A DNA stretch of 64,000 nucleotides from an uncultured virus (IMG/VR IMGVR_UViG_2700989568_000007) (taxonomy: Duplodnaviria > Heunggongvirae > Uroviricota > Caudoviricetes), in the IMG/VR virus record IMGVR_UViG_2700989568_000007. One strand, given 5' to 3'. Below, piece after piece: positions 1-10,856 of this stretch. The notes beneath the pieces are model-generated. The model worked only from the letters and a program-made list of their open reading frames with translations, was not told the DNA's origin and made no database searches. How positions within the stretch are numbered: the stretch's first letter is position 1; each line of letters begins with the position of its first letter. The translations under genes and the position numbers were made by a program.

Positions 1-175
1 TTTCCAGCGGATAGGGCCTGCGACCATTACCGGCCTTGGGATACACAGGCTCGATAACGCCAAGTAATTTGTCCCAGGGAAGCAAGTCATCCATTCTGCC
101 AAGGAAAACTTCTTTGCGGGTCTGGCGGCGTTTACTGGAAAACTCACTGTCGGCAAAAGTCAGTTGCTGGCTCAT
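1..175 (-). CDS. IS5-family transposase, N-terminal part (partial; not in ORF track)
   Basis: Manual translation from ATG at 175: [58 protein letters not shown], a typical IS5 transposase N-terminus. Confidence 0.93.
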   Translation of the reverse strand, partial: MSQQLTFADSEFSSKRRQTRKEVFLGRMDDLLPWDKLLGVIEPVYPKAGNGRRPYPLE

Positions 176-243
176 CCGGTTACTCATTCTGGGTTCAGGT
201 TACAACACGATGATCTCACATCTCGGACTTATTCGCACCTTCC
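1..243 (-). mobile_element. IS5-family insertion sequence, left end (runs off window start)
   Basis: Terminal IR GGAAGGTGCGAATAAG on the minus strand at 228-243, flanked by TTAG (244-247), which fits the IS5 YTAR target. A transposase start lies inside. Confidence 0.92.
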
Positions 244-411
244 TTAGCAGAAGCCTTTCATTATAGCTGATGCTTTTAAATTTGGAAAAACATATGAGCT
301 TTGTAGGGAAAAAAATCTTCAAAAGCGTGAGATAAATCTCCTGTAATGACCTGAATTTACTTGTTTTCTGCCTGATAGGTTTTGTCAGAATACGCTCAAC
401 CAAAACGCGGA

Positions 412-439
412 AACGCACCAACGCACCAACGCACCAACG
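412..439 (+). repeat. 8-bp tandem repeat (AACGCACC)x3.5
   Basis: Read directly; lies just upstream of the AAGGAG RBS of ORF 459. Confidence 0.9.
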
Positions 440-458
440 AAAACATAAGGAGTTAAAA

Positions 459-1301
459 ATGAGCGTAGTTACCAACAATGTTAAAAACGATGACCTGGAT
501 GAACTGACTGCGATGCTGCAATCTCTCGACGAACCAGTTCAGAACGCTGCGAAAATGAGCGGTGTCGACGAGATCGACGATCTTCTCTCTGGTCTGGATG
601 ATGCAATCGCAAAACCAGTCGAGGCGGTGGCGGATGAAGTAATGAATGCCAGCTCTACCGGGGATCTGAGTAGCGTGCTGGAAGTGCTTGAGATTGAGCA
701 CGAATCGGTGAAGATCGAAGAACCCGAGCGTGGCCTGATTGCGGAGATTGTGAACGAGCCAGCGCCTGAACTTGACGCTCGAAGTACTGAGACTACCGGT
801 ACAGATCCAACTCCTTTACCTTCAGTGGCGTCAGAGCCTAAACCTGAAGAAGAGCAGCCAAAACGCCAGAAGGCAAAATCAGAGCGTGCGCCGGCCAAAC
901 CTCGCTTCACGCTGGAAGGTAAGGACGAATCGTTCTATGCGTCAGCCGGTCTGGAAAGTGAGAGCTTTACTGCTGCATTCGAAGGGGCGCCAGTCAAAGC
1001 GAAAGACAAGATCTTGAACCTGTTGAACTGGTTTAACGGTGGGCCGGAAATCAGTGTCTACACGGTAATCGCAATGCGCTATATCCTTGACGCGAACACG
1101 GTGACCAGCAATAGCATTAAACTGGCGCTGATGAGCAACCCGGAGAAACCATACCCGCTCAACACTGCTTCGACTCAGGCTGGCCAGATGATGGCTGTGT
1201 TTCCAGCGACTGGCATCGCAACCAGAGAAGGTGGGAATTTAACACTTAATAAAGAGTCGCCGATCGTAAAAAAATTTATAGCGGAGTATTCCATTGGATG
1301 A
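459..1301 (+). CDS. Phage hypothetical protein, acidic N-terminus, possible C-terminal winged-helix
   Basis: 280-aa ORF with good RBS, followed by a hairpin at ~1379-1418. Confidence 0.75.
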   Translation: MSVVTNNVKNDDLDELTAMLQSLDEPVQNAAKMSGVDEIDDLLSGLDDAIAKPVEAVADEVMNASSTGDLSSVLEVLEIEHESVKIEEPERGLIAEIVNEPAPELDARSTETTGTDPTPLPSVASEPKPEEEQPKRQKAKSERAPAKPRFTLEGKDESFYASAGLESESFTAAFEGAPVKAKDKILNLLNWFNGGPEISVYTVIAMRYILDANTVTSNSIKLALMSNPEKPYPLNTASTQAGQMMAVFPATGIATREGGNLTLNKESPIVKKFIAEYSIG

Positions 1302-1486
1302 TGTCCCCCAACTCGATTTAAAGCCATCTGATAGCTTAAAGATGCTGGGTGAGCATATTTCATATCCAGCATCGAAAAAACGCGCCAGAGAGCTTCCCTT
1401 TTGCGATTCTGGCGCGTTCTTCTTTGTTTGCTATCCGTTGGATTAAATGAAAAAATAGGTAAGTATTAATCTATTAGAGAAAAGCA

Positions 1487-2080
1487 ATGATCGCAGCCGA
1501 AAAAATCAAAAAGCGAGAGCGTGATGCCTCTCTTCGCGACCTTTGGCGCACACCGCAGTGGTTGTTTGTCGCCATCCAACGTTACATAGGCGTAAAGTTC
1601 GATGTGGACGTCGCCTGCAACAAAGATAATGTTCTCTTGCCGAACTTTATCGGTGTTGAGCGTGATGCGCTCAAGTGCAGCTGGGGAGAACCTGGCACAG
1701 TGGCGTTCCTTAACCCGCCCTACTCCAGAATCAACCCCTGGATAGACGCAGCAATTCGCGAGCAGGCGCGCGGAGTGACGACAGTCATGCTGATACCACA
1801 ATCCCTCGATACGCAGTGGTACGAGCGTGCGGCTGAATGCGCCAACGAAACCGTCATCTTGTCTGGCGGCCGCGTGGCGTTCATGGAACCTGACGTCACA
1901 TTGGGTCTGGTTGAGGTCAATATCAACCCAGGCGGAAGTATGCTGGTGGTCTTCCGCGGATTCTGTCAGAACGTTGGTCACTTCATGAATAAAGTCCCGC
2001 TGACGGTGATGAAAAGTCTGGGTGGTTATGATCCTGCCAATGTTGTCAGGAAGAAGAGACCACGTAAAAAGGCAGCGTAA
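1487..2080 (+). CDS. Phage DNA N6-adenine methyltransferase (Dam-type phage family)
   Basis: Motifs DLWRTP, FDVDVAC, catalytic NPPYS, VMLIP and GRVAF. Confidence 0.9.
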   Translation: MIAAEKIKKRERDASLRDLWRTPQWLFVAIQRYIGVKFDVDVACNKDNVLLPNFIGVERDALKCSWGEPGTVAFLNPPYSRINPWIDAAIREQARGVTTVMLIPQSLDTQWYERAAECANETVILSGGRVAFMEPDVTLGLVEVNINPGGSMLVVFRGFCQNVGHFMNKVPLTVMKSLGGYDPANVVRKKRPRKKAA

Positions 2081-2086
2081 ACACCA

Positions 2087-2199
2087 GTCTGGGAGTTAGT
2101 TTGAGAACCTGCTTCCGTATATATAAATAACTAAGTACTAATTATTAATATATACAGACGCAGGCTTTTTAAGACGTGATTTCCAAACAACTCCCAGAC
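2087..2199. repeat. ~110-bp imperfect palindrome, copy 1
   Basis: Arms GTCTGGGAGTT/AACTCCCAGAC and CCTGC..GTATATAT/ATATATAC..GCAGG around a TAAGTACTAA core. A second copy is at 28753-28852. Confidence 0.85.
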
Positions 2200-2282
2200 C
2201 GTTTTACACCTCCAGAACCCACTGGAACCCCTCTTCAGACGCTCTAGAATCGATTTTATGAACCACAGTAAGGAAAACTATC

Positions 2283-2525
2283 ATGGTATACCCGACGAAC
2301 GTCGTAGCGCTCGTTGAGAGCGATTTTTTGGCTAACGCTCGCGAACTCATGAAGGATCGTGAAAAGGCATTCAGTCTTTACGAGTGGTCACTGAAATGTT
2401 TGCACACTGGCGAACACAAAGACCTGATTGAGCAGCTCCTTGGCGAGCTAATCAACGAGGTTTTTGCTCTGCAAGTTCAGCTTCATGGTAGACAAAATGA
2501 TCAGTCAAAAAAAGTAAGTAAGTAG
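2283..2525 (+). CDS. Phage hypothetical protein
   Basis: 80-aa ORF with AAGGA RBS. Confidence 0.75.
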   Translation: MVYPTNVVALVESDFLANARELMKDREKAFSLYEWSLKCLHTGEHKDLIEQLLGELINEVFALQVQLHGRQNDQSKKVSK

Positions 2526-2531
2526 TTACCG

Positions 2532-2560
2532 TTTACAATGTATCATAGTGGTTGTAGAAT
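2532..2560 (+). promoter_or_regulatory. Sigma70-like promoter TTTACA-N17-TAGAAT
   Basis: -35 at 2532-2537, -10 at 2555-2560, 17-bp spacer. A TAAGTAAGTAGTTACC motif lies immediately upstream. Confidence 0.7.
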
Positions 2561-2566
2561 GATGTC

Positions 2567-3000
2567 GATTTCGACCTGAATCGAAATCTCGATCTGATGG
2601 GTGGGGGGTAGCGTCACTGGCGTCAGGTTTAAAAAAGCTCACTACCAGCGTAGAACCGGCACCGTTTAGGGGTTGGGGAAGGGGGAACCAAAGTGAGCAG
2701 AGAGAAGGGTCACTTTATGATTGTCGAGTCTGGAGTGTTTCGAGAGGTTGAATCCAGTACTCCCCTTCATAAAGTGTGGGAAGATCTCGGTTCTGGGGTG
2801 CTGTCATCCATAACTTCCCAAGCCTAAGCTGGCAGTAGACTTAGGTCATAACTTTTCAGGTTATGAAACGACCAGGTTGGTGAGGATTTTTTACTCACCT
2901 CCCTGGGAGAGTATTACCTGAAAAGACAACCTCTCACTTCGTTCGAGGTGAACTTCGCTCACTTCGTTCGCTCAGTTCAGGTTTTAATAAAACCTGTTCT
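2567..3000 (+). ncRNA. Candidate structured non-coding RNA or long leader upstream of RNase H
   Basis: No ORF of 60 aa or more in 2526-2947; about nine consecutive inverted repeats and several G-runs; begins about 7 nt after a good -10 box. Confidence 0.5.
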
Positions 3001-3106
3001 GGGAAGTAAGTTTTTCTTTTCTAAAATTTTTAATATTTACACGCACGTGTGCGCGCACGCGCGAGGGAAAAAAAAAATCGTCGCGGCGCGCGATTCTGGA
3101 GCCAAA

Positions 3107-3715
3107 ATGACGACCAAGACCCCAGCCCGGCAACATACTGGCTGCCGCACGAAGTCCAAAGCCAGATACCAAACCCACCAGCAATCCCGTACCAACTTCA
3201 AAACCCCCGTAGTCGAGTTCAATCCCCAGCTCAAAACCGTAAAAGTATTCAGTGATGGCTCTTGCCTCAAAAATCCGGGCGGGCCTGGCGGTTACGGCAT
3301 CGTTCTCCAGTATCGAGGCGAAGAGCGCGAGCTTTCTGAGGGCTTCCACAGCACCACAAACAATCGCATGGAGATGATGGGCGCCCTGATAGCTTTGGAA
3401 CGCCTTAAATTCTCCTGCAACGTGATCCTGCACTCAGATAGCCAGTATCTCAAAAATGGTAAGACCCTCTGGATGAAGGGGTGGAAACAAAATGGTTGGA
3501 TCACTGCTGACAAGAAGCCTGTTAAGAATGTCGACCTCTGGAAACGACTCGATTTAGCCGCCAGTCGCCACAATGTCAGGTGGAACTGGGTAAAGGGCCA
3601 CGCCGGGCATCGAGAAAACGAAATATGCGACAGGCTGGCCAAGATCGCAGCATATGCGGCAGCGGATACTCCACACAAAAAAGATGCTGGTTTTTTGGTA
3701 CAAAATGATAAGTAA
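3107..3715 (+). CDS. rnhA: Ribonuclease HI with basic N-terminal extension
   Basis: Catalytic motifs FSDGSC, TNNRME, SDSQY and [18 protein letters not shown]. Start moved to ATG 3107 (GGAG RBS). Confidence 0.93.
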   Translation: MTTKTPARQHTGCRTKSKARYQTHQQSRTNFKTPVVEFNPQLKTVKVFSDGSCLKNPGGPGGYGIVLQYRGEERELSEGFHSTTNNRMEMMGALIALERLKFSCNVILHSDSQYLKNGKTLWMKGWKQNGWITADKKPVKNVDLWKRLDLAASRHNVRWNWVKGHAGHRENEICDRLAKIAAYAAADTPHKKDAGFLVQNDK

Positions 3716-3861
3716 GTATTTACCTATAATTTTGTATCATGTATCTTACCCATCGTCAGGATGACAACGTGCTGGTTAGGCACGGTTCCAAGGATGGAAC
3801 GCAAAAAAACGGCGGCTGGACATTCCAGCCGCAACTCTTTCTGACATTGAAAGGATTTCAA

Positions 3862-4401
3862 ATGGCACATCAAACGCCTTCCTCTTCTCTTAAGAAACAC
3901 CCCCGTTCGCTACGACTCATCCTGGCGGAGTTATTCTCCGGCCGCGTGTCTGCACGCCTGTCCGAACTGGAAGAGAAAGTAGGTCAAATGGAGCATCGTC
4001 TGGATGACCATGCGGTGGCCATCTCTAACCTGGGGGCTCGTGTGGCAATGGGGGAAGTGATGAAGACCCGAACCGCAAAAATCCTGCGAGACACCTGGGG
4101 CGTGCGAGCCAATCAAACGCGCATGGAGAGCTCAGATGGATCAATTTCAACGAAAAAGACTACTTCCAATGGCCTACGGGCTGATCACGATTTGTCTGGC
4201 AGCCGTAGCAATACCGTCGACTCAGGCGTTGCTGATGCCGGACTCATGCAAAACGGTTTCGCAGCAGACGCCGGCACCAGTCACGGAAAGCACAACCAGC
4301 ATCACCACCATGCCCCGGTCTGCCACTCTGGATGGGATGCGGTTGGATTCGATTCCTCAAGTTCGTCCTGCGACTCCGGATCTTCCTCCTGCTGCGACTG
4401 A
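3862..4401 (+). CDS. Phage hypothetical protein, coiled coil plus His/Ser/Cys low-complexity tail
   Basis: ATG 3862 with AAGGA RBS; ends ...SSSSSCDSGSSSCCD. Confidence 0.65.
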   Translation: MAHQTPSSSLKKHPRSLRLILAELFSGRVSARLSELEEKVGQMEHRLDDHAVAISNLGARVAMGEVMKTRTAKILRDTWGVRANQTRMESSDGSISTKKTTSNGLRADHDLSGSRSNTVDSGVADAGLMQNGFAADAGTSHGKHNQHHHHAPVCHSGWDAVGFDSSSSSCDSGSSSCCD

Positions 4402-4410
4402 GGTGATGGC

Positions 4411-4599
4411 GTGATCTTCTTACTCAAAAACTGGTCATTCATTTGGATAGCCATTCTGCTTTTGGCGGTGGGTGGCTGGATCTCAAACATCGTTAAGCTG
4501 GCACTACACGGTGATTTATTTCTTCACTCAGGTATGACGATCGCTCGTGTTGTGGGGATTTTTGTCCCACCGATCGGCTCTGTTCTCGGGTTCTGTTAA
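4411..4599 (+). CDS. Small membrane protein
   Basis: 62 aa with two hydrophobic segments; GAGG RBS. Confidence 0.7.
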   Translation: MIFLLKNWSFIWIAILLLAVGGWISNIVKLALHGDLFLHSGMTIARVVGIFVPPIGSVLGFC

Positions 4600-4701
4600 T
4601 GGGCGTAGGGGTTGAAGCCTTGGAGGCTCTCTTTGCTGCCTTAATGTTTATTTGTATACGAAAACAATTTGTTTAAGCACATAACATATAGGGAAAAACA
4701 C

Positions 4702-5127
4702 ATGTTAGGTTTCTTCAAAAAGAAAACTCGTAAAGCGGTTATTGAAGTTAAAAAAATGGAGAACCGCGATGCGGTCGAAGCTACTGTCTGGGGCGCATAC
4801 ATGATCGCTTATGCAGACGGCAACTGTGATGCAAAAGAAATCGCTATTCTGGAGAAGACCATCTCCGCATTGCCAGCTTTCTCACCGTTCGCGGGTGAGA
4901 TCGCCCAGATGAGCAGCAATATTCGTGCTCGCTATGAAGCTTCTCCTCGTTCCGCCAACGCACAGGCTCTTCGGGAGCTGGCTGATGTCGCCGGCACTCC
5001 AGAAGCCGTTGATGTGTTGTGTCTCTGCCTGGATATTGCCGATCAGGATGGCATCGGCGAAGAAGAAGAGGTTGTGCTGAAGAAAATTGCTCAGGCGCTG
5101 CAGTTATCTCTGGATGCGTACATCTAA
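4702..5127 (+). CDS. TerB-family protein (similar in kind to P1 TciA)
   Basis: Motifs IAYADG..DAKE and CLDIADQDGIGEEE..LKKIAQAL typical of the TerB fold. Start moved to ATG 4702. Confidence 0.82.
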   Translation: MLGFFKKKTRKAVIEVKKMENRDAVEATVWGAYMIAYADGNCDAKEIAILEKTISALPAFSPFAGEIAQMSSNIRARYEASPRSANAQALRELADVAGTPEAVDVLCLCLDIADQDGIGEEEEVVLKKIAQALQLSLDAYI

Positions 5128-5282
5128 TGGCAGAGAAATTAAGGCTGGCCGTCGTCGCCATTCTTCTCGTGCTGGTCGTGCTGGTGGACTTCACTGGCAA
5201 ACTGATGTCTATCGCGGCAGATGGCGTGTTGGTTGGATTGGCTATCTACTTTGCCCAACCTCTACTTAAAAAATCGAAGTGA
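5127..5282 (+). CDS. Small membrane protein coupled to the TerB-like gene (TciB/DUF3927-like)
   Basis: TAATG overlap at 5125-5129; 51-aa hydrophobic MAEKLRLAVVAILLVLVVLVDFTGKLMS... Confidence 0.7.
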   Translation: MAEKLRLAVVAILLVLVVLVDFTGKLMSIAADGVLVGLAIYFAQPLLKKSK

Positions 5283-5409
5283 TCGCCGAGGGCCACCTGG
5301 CCCTCGATTCTTCTGGTTTAACCGTTATGACGCGTTTGCCCCCCTCTTCTGAATTGTCAGAATAAAGCAATCAAGAAAACAAATTATTTTAACAATTAAG
5401 GAAAAACAC

Positions 5410-5988
5410 ATGTGTGATAAATGCACCGCCGCTAACGCTGAAGTAAAGAAGATCATTAATGAAGTCGGGGCTAAAAAACTCGTAGGGATGCTTGATTCTA
5501 TAACTGGTCATGGTGACGCTCATCCGCTGGAACGCATCATGGCCATCGTCCAGGTCATGGACTTATTTGACGAACCAATGAAAATCCTGATGCTTGCTCG
5601 TCACTTTGGCGGGGCGTATGTGGAAGAGCATGAACGTGCCAATAAACTGCAGGCAACTCTGGACATGATGAGCGAACCAAAATGCGCGCCGGCGCCAGAG
5701 CTCTCCGGAGACAATATGGGCATTGAAAGCAAAGAGCGGGAGATCGCCAGCCTTAAGTCTTCTTTAGGCATGTTAATTACCGCCTTTAAACTAATGGCAA
5801 CCCATAACGGTTTCAAAATGCCAGAGCTAACCGGCGATGAACATCCCGCTGCTATTCGCCAGCTGCTTGGTGTGATGGCGGATAATATGGATGAAGCGAA
5901 GAGCCGTATCGAAGACATGATGCGAGAACTTGCCCACCGCCACGATCTAAATGACCAGCCGCACAAGATGCAGCAAGTCAGCCACTGA
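5410..5988 (+). CDS. Phage hypothetical helical protein
   Basis: 192-aa ORF with AAGGA RBS and an upstream operator-like motif. Confidence 0.75.
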   Translation: MCDKCTAANAEVKKIINEVGAKKLVGMLDSITGHGDAHPLERIMAIVQVMDLFDEPMKILMLARHFGGAYVEEHERANKLQATLDMMSEPKCAPAPELSGDNMGIESKEREIASLKSSLGMLITAFKLMATHNGFKMPELTGDEHPAAIRQLLGVMADNMDEAKSRIEDMMRELAHRHDLNDQPHKMQQVSH

Positions 5989-6000
5989 ACCTGAAATAGC

Positions 6001-6020
6001 AAGGGGGCGAAAGCCCCCTT
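6001..6020. terminator. Hairpin AAGGGGGC-GAAA-GCCCCCTT
   Basis: Perfect 8-bp stem with GNRA loop right after the ORF 5410 stop. Confidence 0.6.
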
Positions 6021-6116
6021 CCCCTCCTCCGTAGCCCTCTGGATAGATCTTTAACGCCTTTTCTTATCTAAGATAATAAAACCAATAATAAAACAAATTG
6101 TTTATATGGTGGGATT

Positions 6117-6332
6117 ATGAGTGCTGCGCTTTCTGTCCTTGAGTCTTTTGCTTCGAACACCGGTATCGACCACAGCAAAGAGATGAACGTCATCCATGCA
6201 ATCGTGGCCGAGTGCGAGAAAGGGATCGCGTTCATGCACCAGGTTCACGACTTCACTTATGGCGACGAACGTCACTGGAATAAGTGTTTAAGATTTGCAC
6301 TACGTACATTGGAAGTGGAAATTATTTGGTAG
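6117..6332 (+). pseudogene. Probable 5' remnant of a longer phage gene (DUF4942-like), truncated by the R-M island
   Basis: N-terminus EMNVIHAIVAECEK.IAFMHQVHDF.YGDERH resembles, from memory, a much longer protein of this phage group. The sequence turns AT-rich at ~6280. Confidence 0.55.
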
Positions 6333-6393
6333 GGATATAAGATCATATCCCTAAGCTCTTTTAAGAAAAAATTGCTTAATAACCTAATGTAAT

Positions 6394-9300
6394 TTAAATC
6401 CTTCCTCCAACCCCTTTAAATTTTTCGATAAACGCCCCAATTTTTTGGAATACGGTCTGCTTTTTCGTTTTGTACTGAGGATTCAGCGGACTGAGTTTTG
6501 GTAGCGTCTCATTTAACTCCGTCCCATTTTCGGTAGCATATTCCCGTTTGAGTGATGTACGGATATAGCGCCTTGCCGCCTCTTCATTGAGGTTTTCTTC
6601 CTTAATCAACGCTTCCGCTTCCCGTTGCTGTTCACGCTGAGCATAGGTAAAGAATGCATCAATGATACTGGCCTTATCCGGCATGTCATCAAGGTTAGTT
6701 TGCTGAATAAAGTCAACAATCAGACCTTCTTTGGCACGGTTGCCCAGACTTGAGCGGATTAAGCGTCGGACCTCTTCAGTCAGGGCTTCTTTACCCTTTT
6801 TCTGACGGTTGTGGTCAAAAATCAGGCCCAGAATGTAGTCCAGGTTAATCTCTTGCGACTTGAGCAGGTCAATTTCAAACACCACGTCATCCCAGTCCGT
6901 GGTTGATGTATCCCTGTCGTTTGCTGCTTTTTCACGTCGCTGCCAGTCCCGGATATCATTGTAAGCTGAGCGGTAGTCCTGAACTTTACGTTCGGCAGGG
7001 AGGCGAATGGTTTGTAATTCAGCAAATTTTTCATCATCCACGTAGTGCTCTGCTTTAAAGGTTTCTACCGCTTCCGGGTCACTAATATCAACCTTCTGCA
7101 GGGCTTTCAGCGTGGCAAATTCATCGTAGTTTTGCAGGATGTTTTCTGCCCGCAGATATTCACCAAACAGTTTGACGAAGGCTTTTTTCTCTTTTTCACT
7201 GTCGATACTGGCAGGGTCAGGGAAGCGCTGCTCCAGCTCCGAAACAATAGACATAAAACCTCGTTTAGCTTCGCCGGTTGCCGCATCGCTAAAGCCCTGC
7301 ATGTACTCTTCGTAGCTTTTTTCCAGTACCACATTCTTGGTGTTTTTGTCGCCAAAAAGTGTAATGGCATCAATGGTGGGACGCTCCAGGTCCCTGAAAG
7401 TCACGATATTGCCGAAGGTTTTGGTTGCATCATAGATACGGTTGGTGCGGGAAAATGCCTGCATCAGGCCGTGATAACGCAGGTTTTTGTCAACGAACAG
7501 AGTGTTAAGCGTCGGGGCATCAAAGCCGGTTAAGAACATTCCCACCACGATGAGAAGGTCAATATCCTGATTTTTCACTCGTTGAGCTAAATCGCGGTAG
7601 TAGTTCTGGAAGCCGTTACTGTCGGTACTGAAATTGGTTTTAAAGTGGTTGTTATAGTCATCAATAGCTGAATCCAGGAATTCCTTTGCGCTGCTGTTCA
7701 TCGCGCTGGTATCAAAGCTTTCGTCAGTAATATCACCAATGGCGCTTTGCTCTTCATTTGCAGCAAAGGAGAAGATGGTTGCAACCCGAAGGCGTTTATA
7801 GCTGCCTGATTTTTTTGCTGCTTCTTCCTGTAGCATTTTAAACGTCGAGTAATAAGCTTTTGCCGCTTCCACACTGCTAACTGCTAACATGGCGTTAAAG
7901 CCCTTAGCTCCCGGGAAGGTTCGGTGCGTTTTCTGACGGAAGTTATTGATAATGTATTGCGTTATTTCCTGGATACGTAGTGGGTGCAAAAATGCCTGTT
8001 GGTTTTCAGCCGCGCTGAGTTTTTTCTCATCAGTTTCCGTTTCAAGAGACTTAAACCGTGGGCGGACATCGTTATAGTCCACCTTAAACTTCAGCACCTT
8101 TTCATCACGAATCGCATCAGTAATGACGTAAGAATGTAATTCACGCCCGAAGACGCTGGCGGTGGTTTCTGCCCCCAGTGCATTTTCCGGGAAAATAGGC
8201 GTACCAGTAAAACCAAACTGATAAAAGCGTCTGAATTTCTTTTTGAGGTTTTTCTGGGCCTCACCAAACTGGCTGCGGTGACACTCATCAAAGATAAACA
8301 CCACCTGCTGCTGATAGACGGGCAGGTCAGCTTCGGCTTTCATCAGGTTATTGAGTTTCTGAATGGTTGTGACGATAATTTTGTTATCGTCCTTATCCAG
8401 GTTTCTTCTGAGGCCTGCTGTATTATCCGAACCATTGACACTGTCCGGAGAGAAGCGCTGATACTCCTTCATGGTCTGGTAATCGAGGTCTTTCCTGTCG
8501 ACCACGAAGAAGACTTTATCAATAAAGTCCAGCTCCGTAGCCAGTCGTGCAGCCTTAAAGCTGGTCAGGGTTTTGCCTGACCCGGTGGTATGCCAGATAA
8601 ATCCACCGCTTTCGGGTTTTGACCAGTTCTTCGCTTTAAAAGAGCTGTTGATTTTCCAGAGAATGCGCTCAGTGGCTGCTATCTGATAGGGACGCATGGC
8701 GAGCAGAGTCTGGCTGCTGTCAAACACGCTGTAATTAAACAGAACATTCAGCAGGGTATGCTTCTGGAAGAAAGTGGCGGTAAAGTCCTTCAGGTCCTTA
8801 ATCAAGGTGTTATCCGATTTCGCCCAGTTCATGGTGAAATCAAAGCTGTTTTTATCCCGTTTAGTGGTACTGGCAAAGTACCGGGTATCAGTCCCGTTGG
8901 AAATCACGAAGAGTTGCAGGTATTTAAACAGGGAGTTATCGCTGTTAAAGCTTTCCTTGCTGTAACGGTGTATCTGGTTAAAGGCTTCACGAATCGCCAC
9001 GCCACGCTTTTTGAGTTCGATTTGCACCAGCGGCAGGCCGTTGACCAGAACTGTTACATCATAACGGTTAGCGTGTGAGCCGGTCTGTTCAAACTGCTGA
9101 ATGACCTGCACCTTGTTGCGCAGCAGGTTCTTTTTATCTATCAGATAGATGTTTTCCAGACGACCGTCATCAAACGTGAAATCACAGATATAGTCGATAT
9201 GGATTTTACGGGTTTTGTCCAGGCTGCTGTCACTAGGGCTGTCCAGATACTGCTCTGCGAAGCGCCGCCATTCACTTTCGTTAAACACCACACCATTAAG

Positions 9301-9510
9301 ATGCTGAAGCTGGTCCCGCACATTCGCCAGCATCGCAGTCCGTGACTTTACAGAGATAAACTCATAACCCTGATTAAGAAGGTCCTGAATCAGCTCCCGC
9401 TCAAGGTCCGATTCGCTTTGGTAGCTGTCGCCAGCATCCTGAACTTTGGAGTATTTATCAAGGACGATAAAGTTATTGGATTCAGCAATGGTATGTATCT
9501 GTTGTGTCAT
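6394..9510 (-). CDS. hsdR: Type I restriction enzyme R subunit, EcoR124 (type IC) family
   Basis: Nuclease motif QIELK, Walker [18 protein letters not shown] and QAFSRTNR. 1038 aa from ATG 9510 ([16 protein letters not shown]). Confidence 0.97.
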   Translation of the reverse strand: MTQQIHTIAESNNFIVLDKYSKVQDAGDSYQSESDLERELIQDLLNQGYEFISVKSRTAMLANVRDQLQHLNGVVFNESEWRRFAEQYLDSPSDSSLDKTRKIHIDYICDFTFDDGRLENIYLIDKKNLLRNKVQVIQQFEQTGSHANRYDVTVLVNGLPLVQIELKKRGVAIREAFNQIHRYSKESFNSDNSLFKYLQLFVISNGTDTRYFASTTKRDKNSFDFTMNWAKSDNTLIKDLKDFTATFFQKHTLLNVLFNYSVFDSSQTLLAMRPYQIAATERILWKINSSFKAKNWSKPESGGFIWHTTGSGKTLTSFKAARLATELDFIDKVFFVVDRKDLDYQTMKEYQRFSPDSVNGSDNTAGLRRNLDKDDNKIIVTTIQKLNNLMKAEADLPVYQQQVVFIFDECHRSQFGEAQKNLKKKFRRFYQFGFTGTPIFPENALGAETTASVFGRELHSYVITDAIRDEKVLKFKVDYNDVRPRFKSLETETDEKKLSAAENQQAFLHPLRIQEITQYIINNFRQKTHRTFPGAKGFNAMLAVSSVEAAKAYYSTFKMLQEEAAKKSGSYKRLRVATIFSFAANEEQSAIGDITDESFDTSAMNSSAKEFLDSAIDDYNNHFKTNFSTDSNGFQNYYRDLAQRVKNQDIDLLIVVGMFLTGFDAPTLNTLFVDKNLRYHGLMQAFSRTNRIYDATKTFGNIVTFRDLERPTIDAITLFGDKNTKNVVLEKSYEEYMQGFSDAATGEAKRGFMSIVSELEQRFPDPASIDSEKEKKAFVKLFGEYLRAENILQNYDEFATLKALQKVDISDPEAVETFKAEHYVDDEKFAELQTIRLPAERKVQDYRSAYNDIRDWQRREKAANDRDTSTTDWDDVVFEIDLLKSQEINLDYILGLIFDHNRQKKGKEALTEEVRRLIRSSLGNRAKEGLIVDFIQQTNLDDMPDKASIIDAFFTYAQREQQREAEALIKEENLNEEAARRYIRTSLKREYATENGTELNETLPKLSPLNPQYKTKKQTVFQKIGAFIEKFKGVGGRI

Positions 9511-9626
9511 GGTGCATCCTGTGCGTCGTCTGGCAAAGTCCGGAAGGGTATCAGAAGCATCTTCCGGCATTCATAAAACCTGATACCGGGCGGGTGAGAA
9601 CAAACCCTGCCGGTATCAATGGTCCG

Positions 9627-10852
<1,226 letters not shown>

Positions 10853-10856
<4 letters not shown>

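Noticed and set aside
2948..3106. Longer N-terminus of the RNase H ORF given in the track
   Set aside because: GTG start lacks an RBS and runs through hairpins and an A10 tract. ATG 3107 has a GGAG RBS.
2567..3715. Retron or DGR (ncRNA + RNase H)
   Set aside because: No reverse transcriptase and no template/variable repeat pair visible in this window.
9511..9626. PrrC anticodon nuclease between hsdS and hsdR, as in EcoprrI
   Set aside because: The gap is only ~116 bp and holds an inverted repeat (TGATACCGG/CCGGTATCA), not a gene.
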